DNA from: Camelus ferus
Lineage: Eukaryota
Assembly (NCBI RefSeq): GCF_009834535.1
Contig: NC_045698.1
Coordinates: 2,048,001-2,112,000, forward strand
Length of the DNA: 64,000 nucleotides
Direction of reading: 5' to 3'
Shown here: positions 1-11,999 of the stretch, piece after piece
Layout: every line of letters begins with the position of its first letter
How positions within the stretch are numbered: position 1 is the stretch's first letter
Program-made: the position numbers and the translations under genes
The notes under the pieces: model-generated
Told to the model about the DNA's origin: nothing
The model's database searches: none
What the model saw: the letters and a program-made list of their open reading frames with translations, nothing else

Positions 1-409
1 TATATTTATTTGTCATAAATTTCTAAAGCTTTTAATAATTTTTAGAGACACTTATCATTTTTGTTCAGAAAATATATCCTATTAATTATGGCTTATATAT
101 TAATTATGTTCTTCTTTCATCATGAAAAAGTTACAAATAATAATAGTCATATTAATTAGCCATTTCCTTTATAATTTATAAATATATATATATATATTTC
201 CCATTTAAGACATTCTTCTCCACCTCAAGATTACCATGTATCTTGATAGACTATTTGCAGACATTTTATTTAGGAATATATATATAATATCAATATTAAA
301 TATTAATATATTATAATTATTACATAGTATATTTTGTAATAACATATGCAAGAATATATACTACAAGAGTGATTAGCATATGCATTTTCTTTCTTCACCT
401 TTATAGGTA

Positions 410-580
410 TGAGAACTTGAGCAAATTATTCAAATACTCTTCTTTAGTTGTATCATACATAAAATGGAGATTAGCATATTTATCTCTGGGTTTATAAATG
501 AATTTATAAAAAAATTGCCTAGATCAATGTGAGATGTATAAAAAAGCTATTAAGTTAGATATTATTTTACTATTATTATA
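410..580 (+). mobile_element. Degraded MIR SINE (core and 3' part)
   Basis: 'acttgagcaaattattcaaatactcttctttagttgtatcatacataaaatggagattagc' follows the MIR core pattern (accttgggcaagttacttaacctctctgtgcctcagtttcctcatctgtaaaatggggat) with many substitutions. Confidence 0.45.
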
Positions 581-1161
581 CTTTTTCTACTGTTTGGTTT
601 TTGGCTTTGGTGTCAAGGTTATAAGAACATTACAAAATGTCATAAAATTTATTTTGTGTGATTTAAAAAATCCCTAGCTGTATTTCATTTTACAACAAAA
701 ATGTTATTTAAATATACATGTTTTCTTTATCAGCTTTTTAAATGGTATATTTTTATTAATATTTTAATGAAAAGACTGGTTTTGTTCATACTGTTTTTGT
801 TAATGTTTTTATATTTAATTTATACTCATATTTTTCAAATTCACCTTCTTTGAACTTTTCTATTACCTTATTTTTCTTGGTTTCTGATTTGATTAGTGTT
901 TACTCTCTATCCTTCCGTGTTATGTAAATTTAAGGTAACCACACCCCCTCTAAATGTTATGCTGGTGTGCCCCAAAGTGTTTTTGCTGCTACTTAGTTTG
1001 AAATGTTTTCTAATTTCTATTATAATTTCTTTTTGAAACATAAATTATTAGGACCAGATTTTCATTTCTAAATGCTTTAGTTGGTTATGATTTTGTGTTC
1101 CTTTCTAATGGCATATTTTTGTCAATAGAAAATGGCAAAATATACAAATATTTGGTCTTTT

Positions 1162-1304
1162 CACAGGGAATTATATTCAATATCTTGTAATAACCTTTAA
1201 TGAAAAAATATGAAAATGAATATATGTATGTATATACGTGACTGGGACGTTGTGCTGTATACCAAAAATTGACACATTATAACTGACTGTACTTCAATTA
1301 AAAA
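1162..1304 (+). mobile_element. 5'-truncated artiodactyl/camelid L1 3' end
   Basis: 'cacagggaattatattcaatatcttgtaataacc...tgtgctgtatacc...aattgacac...actgactgtacttcaattaaaaa' is homologous to the other copies in the window. Degenerate TSD: aaatatttggtctttt (1146-1161) / aaaaatatggcctttt (1300-1315). Confidence 0.85.
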
Positions 1305-2949
1305 TATGGCCTTTTAAATGCCTTTTAAAATTTCATTGCATTATTACATTTTCAAAAGTTGAATATACTTAAAGAGTGAGTGAGAATTTTCTGGTCATTA
1401 GGTGCAGAGTCTTACGGACATTTATTTGATCAAGCTTTGTACTTTGTGTTATTCAATTTTTCACAAACTATAACTAATCTTACTTGCTTGCTTTATTCAT
1501 TTTCATAATATTTTGGTAAATTTATCAATTATGATGATAGATTTGTCCATTTTTTTCTCTTGTATTTATTTTGTCTGTATATATTCTGAGTCTGTTATTA
1601 ATGTGCATATGAGGTACGCACTTTTATAGTTTTTTGATGAATTTTTCCCTTTATCATGAAGATATAACCTTATTATCTATTCATTATTATTATTTGCTCT
1701 TGGTTAGCATTAGTGTTACTATCTTTTATTGGTTAGTATTTTCTGTGTACACATCTTTCACGATTTTTTCATCTTTACACAGGATGCTGAATTATTTCCT
1801 TTTGTTTCTCCCTGATAACATCTCTCTTAAATAAGACAATTTATTACTTTTACATTAATTTGAATTGCTATCATGTTTGCAATAATTTCTGCCAAATTCC
1901 ATTAAGATTTTCTTTTACAGTGCATTTTTTCTTCTTTTTAGGGGTCTACTTTTATCCTTTTCCACTGCATTAAATTAGATTTATTTACTCATTTCTCCTT
2001 TCTTGTTAATTTGGAAGTTTTATGTACTATTTATATACAAAATCAAAATGTTTACTTAGTGTATAAGGTCACTCAATAGTTTTATATAAAGTTTATCATT
2101 AACTTAGTCATCTTTTTTACTAACAAAATTTTAATGTTTAACTGATCATTTCCTCATCTTCAGAGGAATTTTGTTCAATATGTTATTTCTATATTACTTT
2201 TAACTCACAAGTAACTAATTTTGTAGTAAATAATCCTTTACATTTATCTCTATGTTTACCAGTATGTTCCTTAACATTTTTCGTATCATACCTCTTGTTT
2301 CTGTGTTTGCATTTACAACATTGCAGTGGGACTTTTACTATTCCCCTCGCCTTGGTGAGACAATGGAAAGATTCTCAGTCTTAATTTTTTATTATATCTT
2401 TTAATCTCTTGATCTCTACCTTATACTCCTCATCTATTGATTTTTTTCTGGGGTACTTTCTGCGTAATTTCCTCCTGTCTTGCCATGTAGTAATTCTCAT
2501 TTATCCATGGATGACCCCTTATTTAATTCCTGATTACATTTTTAAAATTCTAAATTTATTATAACATATATAACATAGTATTACTATGTTTTATTGCATT
2601 AGTAATATTAATTTCTATTTCATCACATATGTGCTCTTTCTGATTTTTTAAATTCCTTTCTATTCTCTTTTCCCATTTCAGATGATACTTCTTTTACCAA
2701 AAGAAACCTTGAAATTTCTTTTTGTGTAGGTCTACTGGTGGTAAATTTGCTGTGCTTTTGTTTATCTGTGCATATATTTATTTTAATTTCTGAAGGTCAC
2801 TTTGGTTGGTGACAGAATTCTGAGTTTTTAGATATTTTCTTTTAGCAATTTAGAAGTATAATTCCACGACTCTTTATTTCCATCATTTCTGTTGAATTGT
2901 CAGCTGTAAATTTTATTGTTGATCTTGTATCAAGATTTTCCTCTTTGAG

Positions 2950-3002
2950 ACACAACATTGTAAAATGATTATAAATCAATAAAAAATGTTAAAAAAAAAA
3001 AA
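2950..3002 (+). mobile_element. Ultra-short young L1 3'-end insertion with poly(A) and perfect 18-bp TSD
   Basis: Insert 'acacaacattgtaaaatgattataaatcaataaaaaatgtt(A)n' is flanked by identical aagattttcctctttgag at 2932-2949 and 3003-3020. Confidence 0.85.
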
Positions 3003-3060
3003 AAGATTTTCCTCTTTGAGTTCTTTTTGGCAGTGCTCCCGTAGTATTTCCAGGCATTTC

Positions 3061-3091
<31 letters not shown>

Positions 3092-3093
3092 TT
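3061..3093. repeat. Poly(T) tract (T11-C-T21)
   Basis: Directly visible homopolymer. Confidence 0.95.
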
Positions 3094-3849
3094 GCTATTT
3101 ATCCTGCCTGTTGTCCTTAAACATTTTTACTATGTGGGCTCATTTTGTCGTAAGTTTAAAAAAGTGCTTAGCCATTATCTGTGCAAATATTTTTTCTGCC
3201 TCACTTCTCTTTTCCTTAAGTCTCCAATTACATTTATGTTAGTCTTTGTCACTTGGTTTTCTTTACTGCCTTTTATTTGCAACAAATTTTCTAAACTTAC
3301 ACTTGGTAGAGCTTTTACAAATCTGTTTCATGCTTTTAAAATATAGATTTACATAAGATGCCTAGAAGCTCTTTGGAAATGAAAGCCAAAATTTCCCTGT
3401 ACTTGCAATTGCTTAACTCCTGGGTCTTGGCTATTATGGGCAGACTCTTGAGGCTGAGTGGATGTTTGTACTAGATCCAAATTCATTCTGTGATGGGAAG
3501 GAGAATGATCAATATTAAATGATCAATACTAAATCCAATCTAGGAATAAGGAAGTTAGGGGACAACCTTCCCCAGATAAAAGTGTGAACCCAACCTGGAC
3601 TTTAGCAGATTATAAGTGAGGGAGGAGAAGCCTCTGGGTTTTGGGGGCAGTGGGAGGGCATATGGGGCTGTATTCTTGGAGGAACACAGAGGGAGGATGG
3701 GGAAAGGCAGGGTGTGAGGGCTGGTCCATGTGGTGGAGCTGAGTCTGGAGTCTGGAGGTAAGCAGGAAGGTTTTGCCCCATGGAGCTGGGTGATGAGGTC
3801 CCATCAAAGCAGCCACTGCACCACCTTGTGAAGCAGCGAGACAGACCGT

Positions 3850-4040
3850 GTACTGGCCCCACCATTGGGTACATACTCTCTGTACATAATCCCTGACTCC
3901 CCTGCAATCCTGAACACTAAGCCCCACTTTCCTGATTTTAGAGATGGGAAAACAGGTCTCTGGGAGGCGAAGAGCTTGTTGAAGGTGAGATCTGAGCTCA
4001 AATCTGTCGGCATCTGAGTCCTGGGTGTTCTCACTGCCAC
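3850..4040 (-). mobile_element. MIR SINE relic
   Basis: 'cctgattttagagatgggaaaacaggtctctgggaggcgaagagcttgttgaaggtga' matches the antisense MIR core (cccattttacagatgaggaaactgaggc...aacttgcccaaggtca). Confidence 0.6.
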
Positions 4041-4972
4041 GCTCTTCCCACAGAGGCTGTGAGGAAGATGTCCTAGTACAGGACGGCTGGGGATAGGGCA
4101 GCGTCCAGGGTTCCATTCCTAATGCTCAGCAAGGCACAAAGCTGGGAAAGAGACATCACCTCCCAGAACAAGCCACTGGGGCGAAAGGTTGGGGGTCACA
4201 AAGTCCATGTGCAGAATTGGCCCCCTGGACTCTGAGGCTCAATTTCCTCTGTCCAAGGGGCTGACTCCCCATTCGACCCCTGTCTTGGACTCGGGGGGCA
4301 CTCCGCAAACAGGTGGTGTTGGGCACCACCTGGGGCCCCTGAAGACAGACTGAACCCTGTCGTGTATATTCTGTATTAATAGCTAGAAATCACGCGAGAC
4401 ACATTAGAAGAAAATTTCTGTATAGACATTTTAATGTTGTTGCTTAAATGGGTAGATTTCAGATGCAGATAAAAATCACTTCTGGCAGAAACCTCAGTAG
4501 CTGCTCATCCTGTGTGAGGGGAAGCGGCCGACGTTGGAACTTGCCAGGCCTGACACCTTCACCATCCTCCTCACCCGAACTCCGTGCCGTGCACACACAG
4601 CAGGTCAGGAGGGCTCACTCCCAGACAGGCGATGCAGGCGGCGCTGTTAACGGGCCCCTCAGGGTGTGTGATCTGGAAGAAGATGCACATGGGTCAGAGC
4701 ATCAGTCAAAGGAGCTGGCAGGGTGGAATCTGACCTGCAAGGTAGCGAATGATCCAGACCATGTCAAACACACAGCTGAGCTCTGCCTGACTGACAACAC
4801 AGATCCCTTCCCATCAGAGTCCCCAGCAGGCCTTTAATCGGTGCCACTGGCCAGTGACCTAAAGACGGTGGTTCTTTGAATAAACGCTCAGTTCCAGAGT
4901 GATTGTTTTATACACGTGTTCAAACCTCATTCCAGAACACCAAGCACTATGGTTCTTCACAGGAGAGCTGTG

Positions 4973-5011
4973 CACACACACACACAAACACACACACGCA
5001 CGCACACACAC
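4973..5011. repeat. Interrupted (CA)n microsatellite
   Basis: cacacacacacacaaacacacacacgcacgcacacacac. Confidence 0.95.
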
Positions 5012-5989
5012 TATGCAACTTAATCCTGCCCCCCAAATCAACGACCTGAACAAAAGGGATGGGACCTTGAGGAGGCAGAGAGAAGGGAGGCACCGGACTG
5101 CACGGGAGGGAAGGAGGGAAGCTAAGGGAGCAGGTTTTACAGGTGCCTTAAGAATCACAAAGCTGCATCTATTTTGCTTTAGTTTTTCCCACGAAGCGTC
5201 TCATTTTTCACTGTGGATGGATAGCAGACCTCTTGCCATTAGATGCCTAAGACGTCCTTATAGCAAAGCATTCCTTGTATGCAACAAAACCCCTTCTCAG
5301 AGAAGGTGCTCCTGGTTGAGGGTCCCCCGGGAGACCTGGCCGGGCTCTGCGATGCGATAAGCATCTCTCGGGGGCATCACTGTGGTTGATAACAAACCCA
5401 CTTGTTTGTTGCTACATCTTGCTTCATGGACCCTCTTGAAGCAAATTGAGCCAATGCTTCTGATTCTCAGCTTGAGAAAACGGAGCACAGAGGTTAAGTA
5501 AGAGGTGGACATCCTCAGGATGAGGTTGCTTCGGCGTCCCAGCCAGGAGCGGTTCATCCGCAAAGCACATCCAGTGCTAGTGCCACCCCCGACAGTCAGC
5601 CCCTGTGCGCACGGTCGCGCCTCCACCGTGAGGCCAGCTCTGCACTGGGAGGCTGGTGGCTGCCGCTAGAGCCCAGCGCCCCTCCCCACGAGGTGGAGGG
5701 GAGCCATCGCGGCCCCGACTGACAAGGTCTGCCCTAACGTGTTCCCGTCCACAACCCTGCTGGAGGTTCCAGTCAAAGACCCGGGGCCATGGGGATAGGG
5801 TTCGCCAACAACCCCGTATGATCATTTAATAACTATGCTGTTGCGAAGCAGGTAAGTGAAGGGCGTCCTGATTTAATTAGAAACTCTCTTAACCAGCGCC
5901 TTTCCCTCCAAGGGCAGGCGCAGTGTCCCTGCCTTGGTCCCACTGGCGAGGAAGACTTCGCTACACTGGCTGGCAAGGCACCGCAGCCG

Positions 5990-6630
5990 CCACGTCGGAG
6001 GGGGGTGTCAGCTTTTAATTGTAACTGTCTTGCAGAGCGGTGTTGTTTTAATATCCTGTATAGATTTTTATGTAATACACTCACTTGCAGGCAGCCTGAA
6101 GCAAGAATCAATTCTGTGAAGGGTTCTTCTTTTGTTAAAAGCCAATCTTGTTTTAATGATGCATGAAGAAATATTCGAGCATTGACATTTTTCTGTCAGG
6201 TTTCTTTTGAAAAATCAATTAAGATAATACTGCTTTGACCTAGTTATCTAGTTAATGCTTATTAGGAATGTAATATGATTTACTGTCAGCATAATAATTT
6301 TTGTATCTTATCCCATTAGCTTGTGCATATTTCAAAGTGTATTACACAATGGTCACTTCTTAAAACGTAATGTAGCAGAATACATTAATTAGATGGACTG
6401 GGATCATTAGACAGAAACTATCTCATTGGTCCCTTGTATCAAATTTGTATACAATCTCTATCAAGATATTGCTTTATTTGTGTGGCTAAAAACCGCTGCT
6501 GAATCAGAAAGTAGATGGCTACGTCTGCTTCCTTTTTATTGTCCATCACCAACTATTCTTCCACAAATAACAAATCGTAGATATTTTTGCTTAAAATTGA
6601 TTGTTTTGGGATGACTCATCATGTGTGGAA
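5990..6630. promoter_or_regulatory. Candidate conserved non-coding element / enhancer
   Basis: Repeat-free AT-rich island in GC-rich flanks. It has many TAAT/ATTA cores, TGTCA/TGACA sites and an AP-1 site TGACTCA (6612-6618). Conservation is inferred, not measured. Confidence 0.4.
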
Positions 6631-8179
6631 TTTAGCAAAAAGCATTTCAGGCGCACTGAAGCCCCTCGGAGGCCCAGCGCACGGCGACCTGTGGTCAGGA
6701 GGGCAGGCTGCGGCCCTGACGTGGTCGCGTCCCCAGCGCCTGCGAGCCCAGAAACACGCAGGACCCGGTGCTCTTCCACAACAGACCTTGCGATCTTTGC
6801 TGCCTTTGTGTTAGCGCTGTCGATGGCACTGTCGGGAGGGAGGACTCGCAGACACCCTTCCGGGGGAAATTATTGATTTCTGCCCATTCGAGATTCACCG
6901 CTGGCTTAACCTGGCTAAGCAGAACCCCCATCAGACCGCTCCCTCCTCCCCTTAGAAGAGACGGCCTTGAAAGTCAGGCGGTGTCCTTGTTGCTGGAGAT
7001 CCTGCCCCCAAATTTCACGGGTGGCGAAGAGCCGTGGCCGTCTGCTGAGATGACGTTGGGAAGCTGAGAATGAGCCACGTGCACTGAGGCCTCAGGAGCC
7101 CGGGCGTTCCTCCTGCCTTTTGTCCTGGGGGGATGCCCGCCGGGACTCGACTTCTTTACCTCTTGGAGAGTCGCCTTTGGCACTTTCGTAGACGCAGTCC
7201 TTCCTTCCGCTCCCCCGCGCCCCCCGATCTGTACCATTAGCACCCTACCAAATAATACACCGCTAAGCACAGTCAGAAGGCTTCTGCCTTCCCACTGCAT
7301 CGTGGTGTGTCCACAATAAGCTGCGGAACAGGACGGAATCAGGGCGTCCATTAATAAGAGGGTGGTGTTTGTTTCCAAAGACCTTCCTACTTCACTTGCA
7401 TCTTTCTGGCTTTCAAATTCCTCCTCTTTACACGACCTTTTCACTGAATCCTGGGGGCCCAGAGATGTCATTTTGAGTTGTCCGTCTGCCGTACACAGTT
7501 TCAAGTTTACCAGTGAAATAGTCGCACTTAATAAAAAGTGACCTTGTTTTACAGACAAACATGATGAATTTATGGGGGCAGCTGAGTGGAGCTATTCATT
7601 CCCAGCCTAGTGCCATTTTAATTAATTAAAATAAAAAAATCAATGAAGGTAGATTCGGTTTTCTACAAGCTGTTTTACATTTTCTACTTTCCTATTTGAA
7701 ATTCAAAGGGTTTTTAAAGAAATATTTTATTTTTTTGGTTGCTCATAGTATCTTTTCTCCCCTTTGTCTGTCTTAAAATGTATTTCTCCAGGGGCACTTG
7801 GGGTCCAAAAGGCAGCCGATTGTTCTTCGTGCAGACAGGCTCTGAATCCTGTAGTGTCTTGATTTGAATAAAGCGAGGAGTGATGGGGCTAATGTGATGG
7901 CATCTTGAATTGCTAAGTGGCTCGAGGCTGAAAGCCCAGCGTGGCCGCTCAGGGGCACAGGAGTCGCGCACAGAGAAAAGCAGAAGGAGACGGGGAGGAG
8001 TCCAGGCACAGACCCTGGACACTCCCCGGCGACGGGCAGGAGAGGGGAGGCCGGCGTGGGGTCCCGCCGCGCGGCCGTCCACGCAGGGCTCCGGCTGGGA
8101 CTCCGCCTTGCACAGCCCTCCTTAGCACCCAATTAACTGACTTGGGTTTGGGCAGATTCCTTCTTTCTGAGAGAGGCTA

Positions 8180-9100
8180 CGGCAGACTGCAGCTTTAATT
8201 TCAGAAAATGCTCAACGCAGATTAAAATTAGAAACCTGGAATTACTGTTTTATCATCCTTGATCAAACACGGAATCCAGAGAAAGAAAGCTTGAGTGGTG
8301 GGCACGAACATCGGGACCTGGATTTTGCATTATTATCTCCTGCTTAACTAGGCACTTTCCGGGGCACCCGAGCTCTTCGCCTTTTAACTGAGCTTGCAGT
8401 TGCTATAGTGATGGTATAATTTCGTAATGGTCTAGAAATGACACCGGCATAGATACTGACAGATAGGAATTAATTCACTAACAAGTAATTATGTCGCGAA
8501 ATGTTGACTGCCATCCAGAAGTTGCGCGGTGACACATTTTCTGTTTTTCTGGGATGGCAGTAACATTAGCATTGGTCATTAGTGGTAGACATCTCAGTGG
8601 TGTTGGATACAGACTTATATGCAGACCTATTTAGTTACCTGTGTGACAGCCTTGTTCAGGACACCAGAAACAGCTGTCCTAGCCTGTATGAGCCAAAATA
8701 ATTAGGCCTGTCATCTTCTCGCTCTGATTTCCCCTTCAACCTGCTCCACAAAATGCAAATATTTTGCTTTCATTGTCACATTCACCTTGACATGGATATT
8801 GCTTTGGCGCATAACTGGATAAGATGACTCAGAATTTGCATTGTTCATTCTAATAAATTTGCTTCCCCTCCATTGCATGGCAGGACCCATCAGATAAAGT
8901 CTCCCGGACTGTCATCAATCACCCACCTTGACAGACGGCTTTTGCCTTCATTTGTTACATACGAGAACATGCTTAATTATTTGTCCTGTAATTAGTTGGG
9001 AAAATGTCAGGAAATGTCAACTCTCTGTTCGCTGTGGAAGGACTTGGCTTGAAAGCCAGGGTGACTGAAGTGTCATTAATGCTGTCTAACTAGAGGAGCC
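8180..9100. promoter_or_regulatory. Candidate TALE (MEIS/PBX) developmental enhancer
   Basis: Five TGACAG/CTGTCA hexamers (8457, 8644, 8708, 8909, 8929), composite CTGTCATCAATCA (8909-8921), octamer ATGCAAAT (8753-8760) and TAATTA cores. Confidence 0.5.
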
Positions 9101-11999
9101 TCAGCTGGGAGAGTGAGCGCCTCTGAAAAAGTAATCACGGCGAGGTGCGGGAGACGGGAACCAGCGCCCCGACGCCGCGCGAGTCCTATTAGCAAACAGT
9201 TGTATTTCTCATCTGCGGTTCTTCACGATAAAATATGGGAGCGCAGACCTCAGAACACGTACGTGGGGTTGATACAATTTCTGTCACACACTCACCGGCG
9301 GGTCCTAAGCCAGTCCTGCTTAACCTGTTACTACCGGGGCACCTAATATGTAATTTGCAGATTTCAAGCTCATCTCACCGTTGGAGCCACATGGTGCAAA
9401 ATTCAGCGGGTACGCAAAGGTGACCGGTGCTGCACTCACCCAGCCAAGTGGTGGATTGAAGACGTGGACTTAAGACTGTCATTCTGCCCTTAGAGCCCTC
9501 TGCTAATAAGATCACGTTGCCATTAATCATCACTTGGCAACCAAAACCCTCAAACAAAAAATATGCGTAAAAAGATGCAAGCAGGATGCGAACCATGCAG
9601 GCAGCCTTCCGCGCAGGAACGGTTCGCTAGGCAGTTGCCGAGCCCACGCCCAGGACGCTAAGCAGAGCTTTTGTTAATCTGAGCGGCGGGGTAGGAGGCC
9701 ATCGCGCTATGTTGCAGCTAAATCGGAGAGGAACAGATGCATGGGGGAGAAAGGACAATTTTATCACATGACAGGCAGTTTCATTTGGAAATGGATGCGC
9801 CCGGGTTTTAGCTGTGCCCCAATGCCCGGGTGGCGCGCCGACTGGTGTGTTGGGCAATGGCACTTTGGCGGTGGCCTCGCTGCGTCATCGTGGTGTGCAG
9901 GACGCTGCGTCTGTGCAGAAAGTGCCCCCAGCAGATTCCACATCATAGGCACCGGCTCTTTCCCATCTTGTTGTCAAAATAATACACTCACGTGAGGTCT
10001 ATCTTCACTTAATTACTGACATCATTTCGTGTCTGTAGAACAAGTAAATTATTGTTCGGCCACTCAAGAAAGAGTAATGAAGACGGCATTCTGTAGTTTC
10101 ACAGTTCACAACTTGTCACAGGTACGGCTGAGCTAATTGTCAAGCGGTTAAACATTTATCCAGGGAGGATGATCAGGCAAGCACCCTGCGTGTGAGGGAA
10201 GCCCAGCCCAGCGCACACAAGCTTCAGCAAGCGTGAAAAGTTTGATTTGCCGCTCTGGAGATCAGACTTCACGAAGGCAGAGATGTTATTTTATCTTTCA
10301 AAAGCCAATGCACGAATGAAACAAGGCTGGAAGCCGGTGGAAGCTGCAGACATTTGAGGACCACTCATTCCTGATGTCCCGAGTCCTGAGAAAGATGAAA
10401 ACGCAACGACAACCACTTTGAAAAGGCGGACTTTCAAAGCTTTTTCTAATTTAATCTTTGTCCCTAAAATTCATCCATGGAAGGTACTCTTATTAATTTT
10501 CCTGAGGGACCCCTTCATGTGGACGGCGTGGGGACACTTTCATTCCTTCTCCCTTAAGGAAGAGCTCTGCTGGGCTTTCAAAGACTCAGCTAGTGTGGGG
10601 CAGATTTTGAAAATTCTAGCAATTAACTGCACAGAAGAGCAACATTTTTTTTCTAATATCCTGGGATCGTCCTTCAGGTCGTTACAGGTGGAACCGTCCT
10701 TAATGAATGCCAAGGGGACAGCTTAAAAAGCCTTTTTGTCAGTTCCAGTACCCCGGTCCGGGAGGGTGGGGATAGAGCAAACGCTGGAGACGTTCTAACA
10801 GTCACCTTCTTGGGGACCAGCTGGAGAGCAATTGGAGGGAAAACCCTCTCATTAATCACTGAGAGGAGGTGAAAAATTAAGATGTCGATTTTGCACCGTC
10901 CGCGTTTCCCCTGGACCTCTCCACTCACCAGAGCAGACAGAGACTGGGCTCTCCAAAAACGCACGCAGGTCACAGGTGGGAAGCGCCACCCTGCCCCGTG
11001 CACTTTGCGAAGTTGCTGTAACTTGCGGGAGGTTTCAGAGGCTCACACTTAGCTCCTGCTGCAGGCGTGCTCACTCACGGGGAGCTGGGGAGCCTGCCCC
11101 CCGTTATTCAGGATATCCTGCTAACGCCGCCAGCAGCCAGCTTCTGTCCAGATTCACCCCTGGATGGAGTGTACAGGCAAACACAGCCCCTCCTAGGTAC
11201 CCTTGGTAATTGCTCCAAGTCAGAAAGTCTTGCTCGAGTGTGAAGAGGAAACTCTGATCTCGTCCCCCGTGCCACCACCTGGGACTGGCGAGGGGACCAG
11301 GCGGAGACGGGGAGGCCCAGGCCGCACTGCCATGCTCTCCCGAGGAGGCCCGGGCGTGTTGCCCGCTGGGGACACAGGTTGTCCACCTAGGCAGCCACTG
11401 GGGATGCCGCAGGCAGCGGGCAGTGGAGCGCCTGCCCAGAGACCTTCGCCGCCTTTCCCCCAGCTACTGCCTGCTGGATGCAAACAGCTGTTTCAGGCAC
11501 TTCCAAGAAGACAAATGTCTTTTCAGGGGCTTTTGAGAAAATAAATCGCCATCATTTGGATAAGGCACATTTTATTAGTGACAAAAACCCATGGGTGAAT
11601 TTGTTTTCTGTTTCATTAGATGCAATGTAGCCATTCAGCCGGTCACATGTAAAGTTTGAAAATAGGATTTCTAGCCCTCTGTGTTTACCTACATACGAAT
11701 TTGCCGTTTCACTCCCACGTCTCAAACGAGCTTCTCCGGGGTGTTAGAAGGATCAATTACTCCTTCCTTTAGGGAGACGGCGCAGCCTTTTCTTTTTCTG
11801 GCAGAAGAGAAAAAGGCTAGAAAATTGGTCAAGATCATTTGCTGCTTCAGAGGCAGCAAAAACCAGCATCTTTCTCTCGAGTGAAGGTATTTTGAACGTG
11901 CACAAAGCAGGATTCTTGCAGGCAGAGCCTGCAGAACCATCAGGACGCGAGAAGGAAGCCCAGATGCTCCTGGTCCCCAGATTTGCAGGTTCCGGGACG

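Larger units (their letters stand above)
590..3350 (-). mobile_element. Cluster of ancient, fragmented antisense L1 (L1M-type) sequence
   Basis: Very T-rich, AT-rich block with typical antisense-L1 phrases, e.g. 'gtaggtctactggtggtaaatttgc...ttttgtttatctg...gacagaattctgagtt' (~2725-2830) and 'ttttctaatttctattataatttctttttga' (~1005-1037). Boundaries are approximate. Confidence 0.6.
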
